Source: Amphiscolops sp. MND2022
Lineage: Eukaryota
Assembly (NCBI GenBank): GCA_964187785.1
Contig: OZ076409.1
Location: 27,282,001 to 27,346,000, forward strand
Direction of reading: 5' to 3'
DNA: 64,000 bases
The position numbers and the translations under genes are program-made. This document shows positions 61,469-64,000 of this stretch, piece by piece. Within the stretch, counting starts at the first letter, position 1. Every line of letters starts with the position of its first letter. The notes under the pieces were generated by a model that made no database searches, was not told the DNA's origin, and saw only the letters and a program-made list of their open reading frames with translations.

Positions 61469-64000
61469 AAACTGTAAACGATGTGGAATATCCACACGAG
61501 TGATTCTATTGTGCTGATGACTCAATGATTTAATTGTCAAGGTGTTTATTCTTTTTATTTATTCAATATACTTATTTTAGGTTCCTCCAATTATCAATTC
61601 ATCGTTTTGCAAAATTTTTAGAGCCAATTAACTTAATAACTTCCGGTCCTTGTATTCTACCCACTTAAGTATATAGGTGCTTCAAAATGAACCTCCTGTA
61701 GAGTGGAACTGGAAATTATTAATTGTATGCACACTCAACTTCGCTTAGACGATGCCTCGCAGCCGCATAGTAAAAGTGGGAACGTGGTCTAGAGATTTAA
61801 TATACAAGGTACTTGTAATTTTTGGAGGATACTCCTGAAAATAGAGTTTTCTCGAGAGCTCGATGCCACACTGACGGGAGTCCAAATCAAAGAATGCATA
61901 CTCAATTAATTCCAATAATCGGCGGCCATTTATTGATTGCAGTTTACAAATCTAATTAACTGATGGCATATGCCAATATTTGCAATTACTGAATACCACT
62001 TGAAATCCCAACTTTTCTTGTGAAATCTCGATTTCATTTGTGATAGACATTTTCAACCATAACAAAGTTCAGCAAGCCAGTAATGACAACAACGCACCAC
62101 CTAGTCAGCCGCTAATGAGTGACATTAACTTGATTGTGCGCAACAAGGCTATCACCATTTTTGGGTGCCTAGAATGGATAACGTCATAAAAGGAACCGTT
62201 CAATTTCGTGAGACAACACGAAAGTATACGAACCTGCCTCATATTGATGTAAATACGGTAAAGAGGTATATGAACCTGGTATCCGAAGAATTGAGAATAA
62301 TTGCCAATCTGCCCTAGATTAGCCTTACGTTCGACAGATGGAGTGGAAAGTCGACTCATTATATCAGAGAATAATAGCGCCTCAAATAGAGATGTAGGAG
62401 AAAAAGTTCCAAATTGCGGTAGGTATAATCTCTGACAACTGCGAAGTTAACCAGAATTTCACTGAAATTTGCAAGAAACCTTGTCAAGTCGCAACTCGCA
62501 TCGATCCAATTTGGCAGTTGTGGAATATTTACAACCTCATCAGCATTTGATCAAAATAAATATGGGTAAGATGATGAACTTGAAACTGTCAAGAACTTGC
62601 GGAGAGATCCTCTTGTAAACAGTTAAATAATGGCGTGACTGAAGAATTGGCAGAACTTGGCGAAAAAGAGGGCCTGCATTTTGCTAGTCATATTCTGTAG
62701 ACGCGTTTGAAATTGTAAGAACCTTCGATGTATTGGAATTGCGCGTTTCTACTCCCGATGACTGTTTTCGAGATTTTTTCTACAAGGATTAAAAATATTT
62801 GATTGTCATTTAATTTAATTGCAATTGAAGTATCAGTTGATTGAAAAAATCGATTCTACGAAACTCTAAAATCTGACACATCTGAGTGAAATGCTTCATT
62901 TTATTTTCCAGTGTCACACAGAGCAGCTGCTGGTTCGATCTTTCACATCACAGTTTCAGGTTGCGATGTGAAATCAAAGCCAATTAAGTCCTTGCATGCT
63001 ATACTTCCACCAGCTTGCGCCTGTAGATGGGCAATGTCAATGCAAAAAGGAGATGAAGCAAAGAAGGAAGTGGTTGGACTTACTGAATCATATGAAAACT
63101 AAACAACCCGACTGTGACAAAGATGATGGTAGGCAGCAGAGGATTGCAAACTACCTCAGCCTTGCCAAGGAAGCAAACTGCGTGTTCGGTTGGTTACAGT
63201 GGATCACTCAAACCGTTCGCTTTTATAGAGTGTCCTTTCACGGCCAAGTATTCCAACCTGAACCCGATGTCAATTCAGACCCTGAAGAAGTACATGCATT
63301 AGTAACCAAGAAAGAAGAAATAGCACGTAGTCTACCAGAAAAATCTATTTGGCTTGATGGATGGACGCGCAATTCCACCCATCATGTTCAAGTGTATGCA
63401 TCATTATCGTCGACCGATGCAAATAGCTTTCAAACCTGTTGACATTCAGCACTCTACGCTTTGAACTTTTTTGGCAACAGTGGATTTCACACTTTCAATC
63501 TATCGAAAGGATATCACGAACGTCAATGCTATTTGTGGTGATAATTGAGGAACTTACTAATCCCTCGCCTGAAGGGTTTTGCATCAACTATTCTATTTGA
63601 CTTGTACCGAATTGCTGGAGGAATATGGAGAAATCAGCCAAAAAATCGAAGATCTCATGGGCAATGTTGGGATGCCAAAGTTTTCGCGAAATTGAGACCA
63701 TCTACCGATGAGACCAAATCAAGCCAATACAACGTTAGTTTATCATCATCATCATCATTGTCCACCTTGTCCCAGACAACTGAGGTCGGCAGGGCGCCCC
63801 TGAATTAGCCAGCAACAGCAAGTCTAGCACGCATCAAGTGATAGACGACTTCTGCAGCTGAACGAATTTATGGTGTACATTGGAAATCCAACGTTGTATC
63901 ATTCCAACTCCGAAAGCAAACGCGACATTGCCCGAAATTCAACAAAAAATGGTGACACTGAATTCGGTTACCATTGTATTGCAAAAAGAGGGTACTGATG

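Larger units (their letters stand above)
57719..64000. repeat. Direct tandem duplication, unit 3750 bp (57719-61468; second copy from 61469 runs off the window)
   Basis: aaactgtaaacgatgtgg at 57719 and 61469; identical ORFs at offsets 3760 and 3706; small indels and a 54-bp deletion in copy 2. Confidence 0.95.

Overview
Eukaryotic (animal, AT-rich, intron-containing) genomic DNA that is very rich in repeats; no prokaryotic features or CRISPR arrays. Five genes were reconstructed by hand from GT-AG sites and reading phase. (1) A minus-strand gene of at least 8 exons over about 23 kb (31082 to 8026) encodes a Ser/Lys-rich low-complexity protein. (2) A plus-strand 4-exon gene (34078-37503) encodes a secreted EGF + cbEGF protein with a duplicated unnamed C-terminal domain. 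(3-5) A tightly packed co-directional minus-strand trio: adrenodoxin-type ferredoxin, ELP2 and RRP7A; the two downstream genes each have a splice acceptor just upstream of the ATG, so this is a candidate operon. Mobile DNA comprises a decayed Ty3/gypsy element, several hAT elements (two with clear 8-bp TSDs), MITEs, a CR1-like LINE fragment, a tRNA-derived SINE, a ~185-bp satellite and two recent tandem duplications (2.1 kb and 3.75 kb). The most unusual signal is a set of Helentron-type non-autonomous elements (hairpin + subterminal inverted repeats) with different termini. Several of them carry different tRNA-like Pol III cassettes, and two families share one internal repeat body. All identifications come from visual motif recognition; no searches were run.
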